64,000 nt of DNA from Monocercomonoides exilis PA203 (Eukaryota > Protista > Preaxostyla): the NCBI GenBank assembly GCA_001643675.2, contig LSRY02000027.1, positions 558,001 to 622,000 of the forward strand. The letters run 5' to 3'. Position numbers and translations under genes: made by a program. Under the pieces are notes generated by a model. That model was not told the origin of the DNA. It saw only the letters and a program-made list of their open reading frames with translations, and ran no database searches. The first letter of the stretch is position 1; each line of letters starts with the position of its first letter. Positions 48,801 to 57,771 of the stretch are shown in pieces.

Positions 48801-51800
48801 TTGTGAAGGCTGTAGGAGGGGCTATGGAGGTGATTGAGTTTTCAACAAAGAATATGAGAATAGGAGATTCATCGATATTCGTTGTTGAAGGAAATGCAAA
48901 AAGTGTTCCTTCAATGAATATGACGAAAAGCGATTTTGGAGAAATCACATTTGGCGATGGGTGTGTTGTTGAGTGCCACAAGGGGATTATCGAGAAGATA
49001 ACAGGATGCACATTTTCATCGATCACTCGTTCGAAGGGAAGCGGAGGATGCATAAGTGTATTGAACAATGATGTTGGAAGTGATTGCAAAGTGAAAATAA
49101 ATGACTGCACATTTGAAGGATGTTCTGTTGTTGGAGAGGAAGAAGAGATTGGAGGAGGTGCACTCTTTTGTGAGGAATCTTCGAAAACAAATCTTTTGAT
49201 AAATTTGTGTTCGTTTTATTGTTGCACAGCACCATATGAAGAGGGAAGTGTTGGATATGGAGGAGGAATAATGCTGAAGATACTGAAAGAAGAAGAAGAA
49301 GGAAAAGCAGGGTTTGTGATTTCCTCACCTGTTTTTTCATCTGAGAAGCCAAACAATGCGAAATATGGGAAAGACCTGTTCATTTCATCTCCATCACTTG
49401 CCAAGAGTGCAAAGGACGAAACACTTCCATTTGTGAAAGACAGATTGGAGTTGCTGACAGAAGACTCGATTAGAGGATATGATGGAGAAAACAAGGAATG
49501 TGCAATCCCACTGATCTATTTCTGGAAATCGATCGGATCGAGTGTGTATATTGCACATAAAGGAAACGATGTGGCTGTGTGCGGCTTTCAAAACCTTCCA
49601 TGCAAGTCTGTTGATTATGGGCTGAATCGGGGAAGCAATTCATCAGTTGAGGTGATATCGATTCATGGAGTTTGTGATGTGAACAGTGTGATGGGGACGA
49701 ATGGGATGAAATTGGAAGGAACAAAAATGGAATCAGATAAAATTCAATTTATTCAAGCACTTGAAGGGAATGGGGACGCTGCTGTTGAATGCAAAGGGGT
49801 TGTTCAGTTCAGCGAATTGGGGATTCTGATTCCCAGTTCCTTTGACAATGGAGCAAACATCCTTATCCAGACAGGATCAGATGCAGTCAAGACAAGTGTT
49901 GTGAGTTGTTCAATTCACACAAATGAAAATGTGACAGATGAAGTAATATTTGTGCTTATCAGTGCCTTGAAAGGATTTGTTGAGATTGAAAAGACAAATA
50001 TAGCTGAATTCTCAACAATGAATGAGATAATGAGAATTTCAGAAGATTGCGCGACAACCATGAACGATGTGACATTTGTGGATATTTCATTGAGTGGGAA
50101 AAGTGCTTTTGCATTCACTGAAAATGAGATTTCTGGAAGAATGAATGAAAATGCAGGAGTAGAGTGGAGCATTCTTTTTGAGCAATGCACATTTGTGAAT
50201 GTTAGGCAAAATGCGTCAAACAACCCTTCGTTGCTTTGTTGCGATGTGCCAAATGATGTCAAATTGAAAATGGAGAATTCGTCGATAAACAATTGTGGAT
50301 CGACAAGTTCTCATGAAGGAGGAGGAGTGTTTTTCAGACTAAATGAGAGGGGAAGGCTGGAAATGAATCACACAAATGTGACAGAGTGCTTCTGTTCGAA
50401 CGTTGGGAGAGGTGGAGGACTGTTTTTGAAATCTCAGAGTGCATCACAGAAGGCTTTGACATTTGTGCTGTCGAATATCACATTCCTTCGGAATGTTGCA
50501 TTGAAGGGGAGAGATGTGTTTGTGAAGTGCACTGATCTTGACTCGCAAATAAGTGAGTCGCAGTTCCTGATAAACTTTGGAGAGCCATTTGTGAAGGAGC
50601 TGGCGATATGGGGTAGCACATCAGACAATTTTCGTGATGAAGAGGATCTTCTGAGGAGAGTGTTTGTGTTCAGAAGCGAATTCATATTTGTGTCATCGAT
50701 TATGGAAAACAGCAGCGACAGCAAGAATTGTGGGGAAATGAAGAGTGCATGCTCATCATTGAATGTTGGGATGGATCATGTTATTCCTTCTGATTACTCT
50801 CAGTTGTTAATCTGGAATGAAACAAATTTGAAGGGTTCTTGTTCAACACAAAGAACAGCGATAAAGTCGATGGATTCGAGCAAAAATTCCTTGATAATGG
50901 TGGCTGAGATTCATTCAGATGGAATGAGTGTAATAACAACTTCAGATTCTGTTCGATTTGAGAAAGTATCGTTCGTTTTCAATGAAATGCAGGTTGTTGA
51001 CTGCTTGTGCATAATTAATCAATTGAATGGATCTCTTATTCTCGAATTTGTTTCATTTCAGTCAGAAAGCAGGTCTTTTGACATTTCAGAGAATCCTTTT
51101 GATTTTTCATTGTTGGAAGTTGAAAATGGGATGCTTGAAGCAAACGGATGCAGCATATGTGGCTTGCAATTGACAAAGTCGGCTTTTATTGTGTTGGGTT
51201 CTGGAAGCACAAAATTTGAAGCTCTGACGATCTGTGATGTGCAGTGTCTGTGTTCTGTGATAGACTGCGGAAGTTGTGAAACCATGAGCGTTTGCAGACT
51301 GGCTGCAACAAACTCTTCTTTGGAAAAGGGTTGTGTGATTTCATTGGGAAACAATCCTTCGATGAACTTTTCATTGCTTTTGTCAACATTTGTGAACATC
51401 AGCAGAAATACCGCAGGCCCTTGCATTTCTTGTGCAACTCACACGATGACAGCATATGAAATATGCAATTGCTCTTTCAGCAAGTGCACATCTGAATCTG
51501 AAGAAGGAAGCCAAATGACAATCACATCTGTTAGAAATGCCCTGATAGATTCTTGTAAATTTGAGGGGGGTGAGATTTGTGACGAAATAGAAAATTCTTC
51601 ATTGATAGAGATCTGCAAATGGAATGGATCGCTTGTGGATGTTGCAAAGAGCAACGCAAGAATGAAAGATACCACAATGTGGAATTCGAAAGTTGGGGGA
51701 TTGTCTGTCCGTGGAGGAAGTGTGGAAATTGAAGATTGCAAGTTTGAGAACAACAACCCATCATCTGAGAAATATCCATCAATCAGAAGAAATATTCTCT

Positions 51801-53716
51801 GCTCGGATTCGGGAACAGTGAATGTTATCAGCTTGAAAGGAGGAGATGGATTGAAGGATAACACATCACTGTGGATTCTGGATGAGGGATGCACATTGGA
51901 GGGGATTGCAGGAGAGAGACCTTCTGCGCTGTTTATCCCTGTGCTGGAGTCTGCAGAGATGGGCAGAGGAGGAGAGAAGATAAGTTTGAGTGTACGCGGA
52001 AAGTTGTTGGTGCCGTGCAATCTGTCGGTGAGAGTGTGCTTCAGAAATGGGAGCGAAGAGCATATCGAGGGTCATGAGATCGAGGAAGATGGATATGTGG
52101 GGGAGAATGAAATCCAAACAGCCATTCTGTCGGCACAGCTGGCAGCGGTGGGTGCAGAGACAGAAGTGTCAGTGTGCATTCTGTTTGGCAGGAAAGATGC
52201 TCCTTCATCGACTGAGGCATTCATCCTGAAGAACAGAAGTGAAATCCAAGGAAACAGCGATGAAAGAATTGCCGAAGGAGGGAAAGAAGGAAAATCACTT
52301 TGGCCAATCATCGTGATCATTATGGCAATAATTCTCATGATCGTGATTATTGCATCTGTTGTTGTGACCATCCGATGGAGAAAGCAAAAGAGAAGAACCG
52401 AAGAGTTAGAAGAGATTGTGAACGATAACATCAGAAAGGATCCGAAGGCATTTGAGATGGTGACGATGGAGATGTCACCCGAGGAGCAGTGGAGGAGAGT
52501 GTCAGGGGATGTTGAGAAGAAGAACGATGAGAGGATAAAGAAAAGAGTGTATGAGAAAAGCTTGGGGCACTCCGAGTCATCAGAGCATCTTCTATCTGAG
52601 AGTGGCTCCACTGAATATATCCTTGGAAGAGACTCAGACAAGATCCCAGAATGGGCACTGGAAAAGGTTGAAGAAGAAGAGATTCGAAAGAGATCACCTT
52701 CACCATCCATTTCATCCACTTCAACAACAGACACTTCAGACACAGAATCCACATTTGTTCGCGGAGAGGATCTGTGCCCCACCACTTCATCCATGTCGAA
52801 CTTGGTGGATGCAATGGCGTGCTCTTCACCACATGAGAAGCTGATTGTGGACCTGAGGGATTCTCTGTTCATGTTGCTGCATGGGAGGAATGCCAAGAAG
52901 GAAATGGCGATTGGCACGTTGAAGGAGAGGGAGATGACAGCTGCCCAAATCCTGTTCTGGGTGGCGAATGGGGCGCTCCACGCCTTTGAGGACGAGGAAG
53001 ATGGCCTCCCCTCTTTGGCCAATCTGAGCCCGCACATTGTGCTCTTCTCCGAACACATGGTCATCTGCATTGCCCTCCACTCCGACTGCTCCTCAGACTC
53101 AGACTCATCATCCGTCTCTTCACTGACCATTGTTTCTTCGTCCTCCAACATTTCGGTGCTGAGCGAGAGATTCACCGACTCGCCTCCTCCTTCGTCAGCA
53201 TTTGAGGAAGAGGATGAATTCAAAAAGGAGTGCCTGAGATGGAAGGCGCCTGAATTGCAGATGAACAAGAAGCTGGAGGCAACAGAGAAGTCGGTGGCGT
53301 TCTCGATCGGGATGATGCTGTGGGAGTGTTTGACATTGACTATTCCCTTTGGCGAATATGAGGCTGTGATTGCTGGAGATAAGATTGCGAATGGAGAGAG
53401 GCCTGACCTGAGAAGGCTGGAAGGGAACTCATACGAGAATGTTGCTCGGGCGAGCCTGTCGGGAGCAGCAGGAGAGCGGCCGACGTTGAGCGAGCTGCGG
53501 CGAGAGTTTGTTGGGCACTTTGGGGGAAAGGCAGCGATGGTGACGATGTCGGATGCAATCGAGTTGTGCGGGTCGGGGGAAGGAGACGAGAGTGCAACAA
53601 AGTCTGTGACAAATTCTGGAGAGAATAGCAGAATGAGCAGCAGAAGGAGTGGTAGAAGGAGCGACAGAGAAGCAAGAGGCACAGCAGAGAAGGGGCAGAA
53701 TGAAGGGGCAGTGTGA
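45893..53716 (+). CDS. 2607-aa receptor-like surface protein: signal peptide, Cys-rich beta-helix (pectin-lyase/Pmp-like) ectodomain, single TM, degenerate protein-kinase C-lobe
   Basis: N-terminal hydrophobic leader, repeated GG[AG][IL] and F..C/N motifs, and four D...CG....C.[ST] modules. TM WPIIVIIMAIILMIVIIASVVVTI followed by RWRK. Kinase-like NLSPHIVLF, LRWKAPE, VAFSIGMMLWECLTLTIPF, GERP and ERPTLSEL. Intronless. Confidence 0.85.
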   Translation: MIISFEILCFALFIFGKDSNHFPNEKYFHFSDSVLVRRSDRTGKSAVEMESVIHNSSISINNVFIVKKDECLVFDIYNGSLLNLADCQILEKRETKNYCISNGGSCTLKNSTFKFDSSIEVMAGLVNAKTEHSSLFMIFCTWQNVESRGRCGFLRDGSGSFEGIKYCAFANITTKLFETEKILIDHVSVMKMSKMEDCRVESSMNVLEGGIVSGTEGSVFFSCNNCTFAHNERMDRKVRNANRVETTKTQTFTNAEWIGCNASCGGALYVHDNSLATLNVENSSFVKCNATSTRGGGIFASKIGECTVKHSSFVECYCVASTNYGGAGAEIEEMAIQVFVGNCLFRDGWSGNDGGGLGIWSSKTTKTKDCVLDCFFQNCSGHCSTNTDGGGLIHWYPVDKIVVHNCLFEGCYSPYHGGGMSMMVRNYGGDIVGFCFFHKNSAPNGNDVYVDDNSKNSQLFNCYSTRTEGVRYYAGGDKSEWLPNGGRCRFVASKENQINAKDTFSCGLNENYACNTISHCIGQLIPDYVKDVKVMHGTIEELNEVNVESNDYTISGVESEGCGVVMKMNSEGLSLFSVVTGNLDVSDLSVIHNTSFDNNRQCRIFEVRGAGKIEARRLNISMDAAHSEERSILNSLVKVDGGELIMKDVKWGQTFITTNVISLSQGSTVSLSLDNCMFSNIVRTTAGSSLMNVGEGPHSTTLKGCTLDGCGSEDSDFGGGMMIEIGSGDSLSVNGGVVRNCYASATQGRGGGIGLKVKDRNAEFLISSAFEGNRAKLGSDIFVDSIDLELTTTSGKITSVTASFDTKNKVQGYDNGDESFPIPLCVYLWNNFSAPAFVGGGSLSHDFSKCGFEEFPCSSISKAASIHFEGKKKDITILEPFAFEEELVLTSDEWSITPKENVTKCNVSDQNEGTRKGLIENSVPVSVTGIVFSLKKLLTFHESVFECHSGKLTLNGCGMEGGTDSISTVFVKAVGGAMEVIEFSTKNMRIGDSSIFVVEGNAKSVPSMNMTKSDFGEITFGDGCVVECHKGIIEKITGCTFSSITRSKGSGGCISVLNNDVGSDCKVKINDCTFEGCSVVGEEEEIGGGALFCEESSKTNLLINLCSFYCCTAPYEEGSVGYGGGIMLKILKEEEEGKAGFVISSPVFSSEKPNNAKYGKDLFISSPSLAKSAKDETLPFVKDRLELLTEDSIRGYDGENKECAIPLIYFWKSIGSSVYIAHKGNDVAVCGFQNLPCKSVDYGLNRGSNSSVEVISIHGVCDVNSVMGTNGMKLEGTKMESDKIQFIQALEGNGDAAVECKGVVQFSELGILIPSSFDNGANILIQTGSDAVKTSVVSCSIHTNENVTDEVIFVLISALKGFVEIEKTNIAEFSTMNEIMRISEDCATTMNDVTFVDISLSGKSAFAFTENEISGRMNENAGVEWSILFEQCTFVNVRQNASNNPSLLCCDVPNDVKLKMENSSINNCGSTSSHEGGGVFFRLNERGRLEMNHTNVTECFCSNVGRGGGLFLKSQSASQKALTFVLSNITFLRNVALKGRDVFVKCTDLDSQISESQFLINFGEPFVKELAIWGSTSDNFRDEEDLLRRVFVFRSEFIFVSSIMENSSDSKNCGEMKSACSSLNVGMDHVIPSDYSQLLIWNETNLKGSCSTQRTAIKSMDSSKNSLIMVAEIHSDGMSVITTSDSVRFEKVSFVFNEMQVVDCLCIINQLNGSLILEFVSFQSESRSFDISENPFDFSLLEVENGMLEANGCSICGLQLTKSAFIVLGSGSTKFEALTICDVQCLCSVIDCGSCETMSVCRLAATNSSLEKGCVISLGNNPSMNFSLLLSTFVNISRNTAGPCISCATHTMTAYEICNCSFSKCTSESEEGSQMTITSVRNALIDSCKFEGGEICDEIENSSLIEICKWNGSLVDVAKSNARMKDTTMWNSKVGGLSVRGGSVEIEDCKFENNNPSSEKYPSIRRNILCSDSGTVNVISLKGGDGLKDNTSLWILDEGCTLEGIAGERPSALFIPVLESAEMGRGGEKISLSVRGKLLVPCNLSVRVCFRNGSEEHIEGHEIEEDGYVGENEIQTAILSAQLAAVGAETEVSVCILFGRKDAPSSTEAFILKNRSEIQGNSDERIAEGGKEGKSLWPIIVIIMAIILMIVIIASVVVTIRWRKQKRRTEELEEIVNDNIRKDPKAFEMVTMEMSPEEQWRRVSGDVEKKNDERIKKRVYEKSLGHSESSEHLLSESGSTEYILGRDSDKIPEWALEKVEEEEIRKRSPSPSISSTSTTDTSDTESTFVRGEDLCPTTSSMSNLVDAMACSSPHEKLIVDLRDSLFMLLHGRNAKKEMAIGTLKEREMTAAQILFWVANGALHAFEDEEDGLPSLANLSPHIVLFSEHMVICIALHSDCSSDSDSSSVSSLTIVSSSSNISVLSERFTDSPPPSSAFEEEDEFKKECLRWKAPELQMNKKLEATEKSVAFSIGMMLWECLTLTIPFGEYEAVIAGDKIANGERPDLRRLEGNSYENVARASLSGAAGERPTLSELRREFVGHFGGKAAMVTMSDAIELCGSGEGDESATKSVTNSGENSRMSSRRSGRRSDREARGTAEKGQNEGAV

Positions 53717-54344
53717 CTTTGGAAGGAATAAGCAGGAACGGACAAATTCCAGGAAATGAAATTCTCTTAATTTATCCAAAAAAACAAATCTTGAGGCAAT
53801 TTATTTTTTATTTTTGAGTTTCTTTCTTTTCCCACATTGCGTTTCTGTTTTGAAGGTTTTCAGAAAAGTCTTTGAAACAAGCCTGTTTATCGATTGTTCA
53901 ATTATCAAAGGGTAAAAGAAGAAAGAAAGAAAGAAAGAAAGAAAGAGAAGAAATGTGTTCCACAAATGCGAATAAGTTATTTATAAATTGAAAATTGAAA
54001 AAAGAAAAAGGAAAAAAGAAGAAGAAGAAGAAATACTCCAAATAAAAGGATCTCACTTTTGGCATTTGCCAAGCAGGCACACCAAAAGTGGAGGAAAACA
54101 AAAGCAAAACTTGTAATTTGAAACGATTTAAAAAAAATGAAAGAAAAAGGGAAAAAGAAATAAAGCCAACAGCCAATGAAGCACAAATCATCGAAACATC
54201 GAAATGAAAGTCCTGGCCTCTGCAAAGCGCACATTTCAACTCCTTCAAATATCACAGCTTGCATTTTTTTATTATTTATTATTATTTATTAATTTATTTT
54301 TTTTCCAGTAGCATTAAAAAGAATATTCATCTCCCTCACACCAT

Positions 54345-57300
54345 TCAAGCTCTTTTGAAAGGAAGCTCCACTTTGCTCCAGTTCATCCGCTGCAGCCCTT
54401 CCTTTGAGCGCGAGAGCAGCTGCGTCACTTGCTCCGCCTTCAGCAGCTTCATCTGTGACACTCCATACGTGCACACAGCAAAACGCACCAGCTGCGGAAT
54501 GCCGCAAATATAAACAGGCAATTGAACCCCCTCGCAGTAGAAGTACACGCACCCTTCCCCTTCTCGGAGATCAACTTCACACATCACAGCTTGCCCACAC
54601 TCGAACTTCTGCGCATCCCGCTTGCTCGCTGAATCCGATATGCAGCCGCTGCAAACAGAGCACACAGCACAAAAGAACACATGCCAAAAACAAGAATCAA
54701 AGCAAGAATCAAAATTGGAGAAATGCAAAAATTGTCATCAGCCATGTTGCATGGCAAGAATAAATAAATAAATAAAAGTGTGAGAAAGGCAAATCACAAT
54801 TAATCAGAAATTCATAATCCCAAGCAACATCACAACAACAAAAATCAAATAGCACACAATGAATGCCAGCATCCGTGCTCTGAGCATAAACCAAGCAGCA
54901 CACGCCATTTCCCCGTTCAAAATGCAAGATGCAAAATGCAAAATGCAAAAAGAGAAAGAGAAAGAGAAAAAGAAAAAGAAAAAGAAAGAGCGAAAAATGA
55001 ATGAATGAATGAAAAAATACATGAATGAAAGTGCACAAATATTCAATAAAAACAAAGGCCACTCGCCATTAACTCCAGAATTAATAAACAGCCTCGCCAA
55101 AGCGAACAACCCCAAACCTTGAATATCTCCAATCCAGCCATCTCGCGTTGGACGCACTGCAAAATTGCTCAGAATCCCAAAGCCTGTCCAGCACAGTTTC
55201 ATTCAGCCCATTTAATCGCAAGCAGCCCACCACAAATGCACACGCAAAGACAAAAACACAAAGAACATCCAGCACAGCCAAAAGCATGCATCATCAGCAA
55301 ATTGCCAATCATCATGCATCAGAATATTCAAATACGCATTTCACAAAGAAAAATTAAGAATTAAGAATTAATAAGAAAAAAAGAAAAAAAAAGAAAAAAG
55401 AAAAAAGAAAAAAAAATGAAAGAAAGTGCCAAGAAATGCCACAACAATTACTATGACTATTACTATTATTATTACTGTTATTATTTTATTAATTCACTTA
55501 TTTATTTTTTTTCTGAATAAGAAAGAAAACAGATTGATAGCAGTCGCAAACTTTTCACATTCGGCGAATCAGCGAACACTAGCTGCAGGTGCCATATCCC
55601 CGATTTCAGCACTTCTGGGCTCACAATAACAGTCCACTCCTCACCAGACGTCCTGATGCCATTGCCTGATTGCGTCACATTGGCCCCTTCGGGAAACACC
55701 CACGGCGCCAGTCGCAGATCGTCATAGACATCGTCTGCCATGTCAGACAGCAGAACTTTGCATCCAGACACAGCATCTTTTACCAAAGTGTCTTTCCCCG
55801 TCGCTTTGCTGCTGCTGCTACAACCCAAAAGTTCCTCTGCCGCTTTGACTCTTTCTCCTTCCCTCGCCAGCCTTGCTTTTGCCGCCGCTTTCTTCTTTCT
55901 CCGCAGCTTTTGGCTCACCTCAATCTGCGCCGCAAGTTTATACACTGTGCATTTGACCTTCACCAGACTCTCCAATATCTCTTTTCTCGTCTGTCTTTTT
56001 CGCTTTTCGCTGTCTAATTCTTCTCCTTCTTTTCTCTCTTCGCTCTCTTTTGAGCTGCCCTTTTCTTCTTCTGCAGAATCTTCCTCCTCATCGCTTTCAT
56101 CGCTTTCATCGCTTTCATCACCTTCTTCTCTAATCCTATCTAAAACACCATTGATGCTATTTATGAGCATTCCAGCTGCTTCATAAATTGCTTCTTCATT
56201 TCAATCCTCCCGCCAGCCTCCAGCAACTTCGAGGCTAATTTGCTGACTTTGCACTTGTCTTTATTGAGTGAAAAATAAACATCTGTTGGAGGAACAGCCG
56301 GCAAAAGATACTGATCCGGAAACATCTTTGAGGTGAATGCCGCTTTGTTTACCGGCTTTGGAGCATTTTCGTCTAATTCTGTCCGAGAACTTAAAAACAA
56401 AGTTGACAAAGAAGTCAAAGAAGATGCCAAAGATATGGTGTCTTCTTTGCAATTATAAGTGGGAGTAAAGGATTGAGGCGCTTCTGGCAGAACTGAAGAA
56501 GATGACCCGGAAAAAAATGTGTCGATCTTGTCAAGCCAATCCAGTCCACATCGAAGAAGAGTTGGTAAATCCATCAAAAGATTACTTCGTCCAATTGCTT
56601 CTCTTCCAATGCGGCTCGTTTTAATGATTATGTTCACAATTTTCTTGCCATTCCCAGAAATTATTTCATCATTGGACTGTGAAAAAAAATCGTCGTCAAG
56701 CATTTATAAATTCGCATTAAATAAAAATAAAAATAAAAATAAAAATAAAAATAAAAATAAAAATAAAAATAAAAATAAAAATAAAAATAAAAATAAAAAT
56801 AAAAATAAAAATAAAAATAAAAATAAAAATAAAAATAAAAATAAAAATAAAAATAAAAATAAATAAGTATCAGAAACGCTCATAGACATTTGCCAACATA
56901 CCATTACAAGCAATAAAATGTCGTCAGCTAAAACCGATAATTTCGCACTTGAAGTTAACCCAACTTTATTAAAAAGTTCTGTTCGAGCAATGCACGTGAC
57001 ATATAATAAGCATAATCTCTTTAGAGAACAGTTAAAGAAAACGAGGATCAAGAAAAAATAAAGGCAGACTTTTATTTCGAGATCTTGTGTGGAGTTCCAC
57101 AGGGAAAAGGCTGTTTCAACAAAACCACACTTCACATGATTCGAGGCATTTTCAGCGTCTTGAAGCAAAATAGCATTCAGAACAGATGAAGACATATGTA
57201 AAAGCAAATAAAAATGATGAAAGCTGCACATAAGCAAACAATAAAGAACATCTTGAAGCAATTTTAACAAAATTGTTTGTTGTCCGCCTTTGCTTTTTTC

Positions 57301-57436
57301 TAGTTCACCTTTCTTTTGTTCAAGTACAGCAAGCTTTTCATAAAAAATAATTCACACAACGGCGATAGAAGGAGGTTAATTATAAATCGCCAAATTGAAC
57401 ACACACAGTCAGAATATTCTGCTTATCTGTTTCCAT
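54345..57436 (-). pseudogene. Multi-exon gene with C-terminal SPRY/B30.2-like domain, left copy with 1-nt frameshift
   Basis: Mirror of 57772-60842. ATTGAAATGAAG versus ATTGAAAATGAAG at ~56200 splits the 400-aa ORF into 180-aa and 222-aa ORFs; this could be a homopolymer sequencing error. Confidence 0.6.
56719..56865. repeat. (TAAAAA)n hexanucleotide microsatellite, intronic
   Basis: About 24 perfect units, read directly. Confidence 0.97.
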
Positions 57437-57490
57437 AATTTATTATGGTAACTATTTTATGGTTTTTCATTTTTTTATTTTGTGTTTGCT

Positions 57491-57717
57491 ATGTTTTAAT
57501 TGTTGTCATGCACGCAATTTTGATTATATTAATTATGCAAATATTGAATAGATCGCAAGAAACAAATTTTAATTTTAATAACAAATAATATTTTCCTCAA
57601 AAACTTTTATATTACAACATGAAAATCATAATTTCAAAACTTTTGAAAATATGAAAACTTATTAATACATAAATAAATAAGACTTACAGATAATTTTTAA
57701 CAAAAAATTTCAAACAA
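57491..57717. promoter_or_regulatory. AT-rich unique spacer, candidate bidirectional promoter
   Basis: Lies between inferred divergent ATGs at 57436 (-) and 57772 (+). Function is inferred from position only. Confidence 0.35.
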
Positions 57718-57771
57718 AGCAAACACAAAATAAAAAAATGAAAAACCATAAAATAGTTACCATAATAAATT

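Noticed and set aside
52072-53745. 557-aa antisense ORF (and its 528-aa mirror at 61536-63122)
   Set aside because: Codon-register shadow of the receptor gene with no domain; its presence in both copies is explained by the duplication.
56719-56865. Telomeric repeat or CRISPR array
   Set aside because: No G-rich telomere motif, internal position, and no spacers; no CRISPR-like array anywhere in the window.
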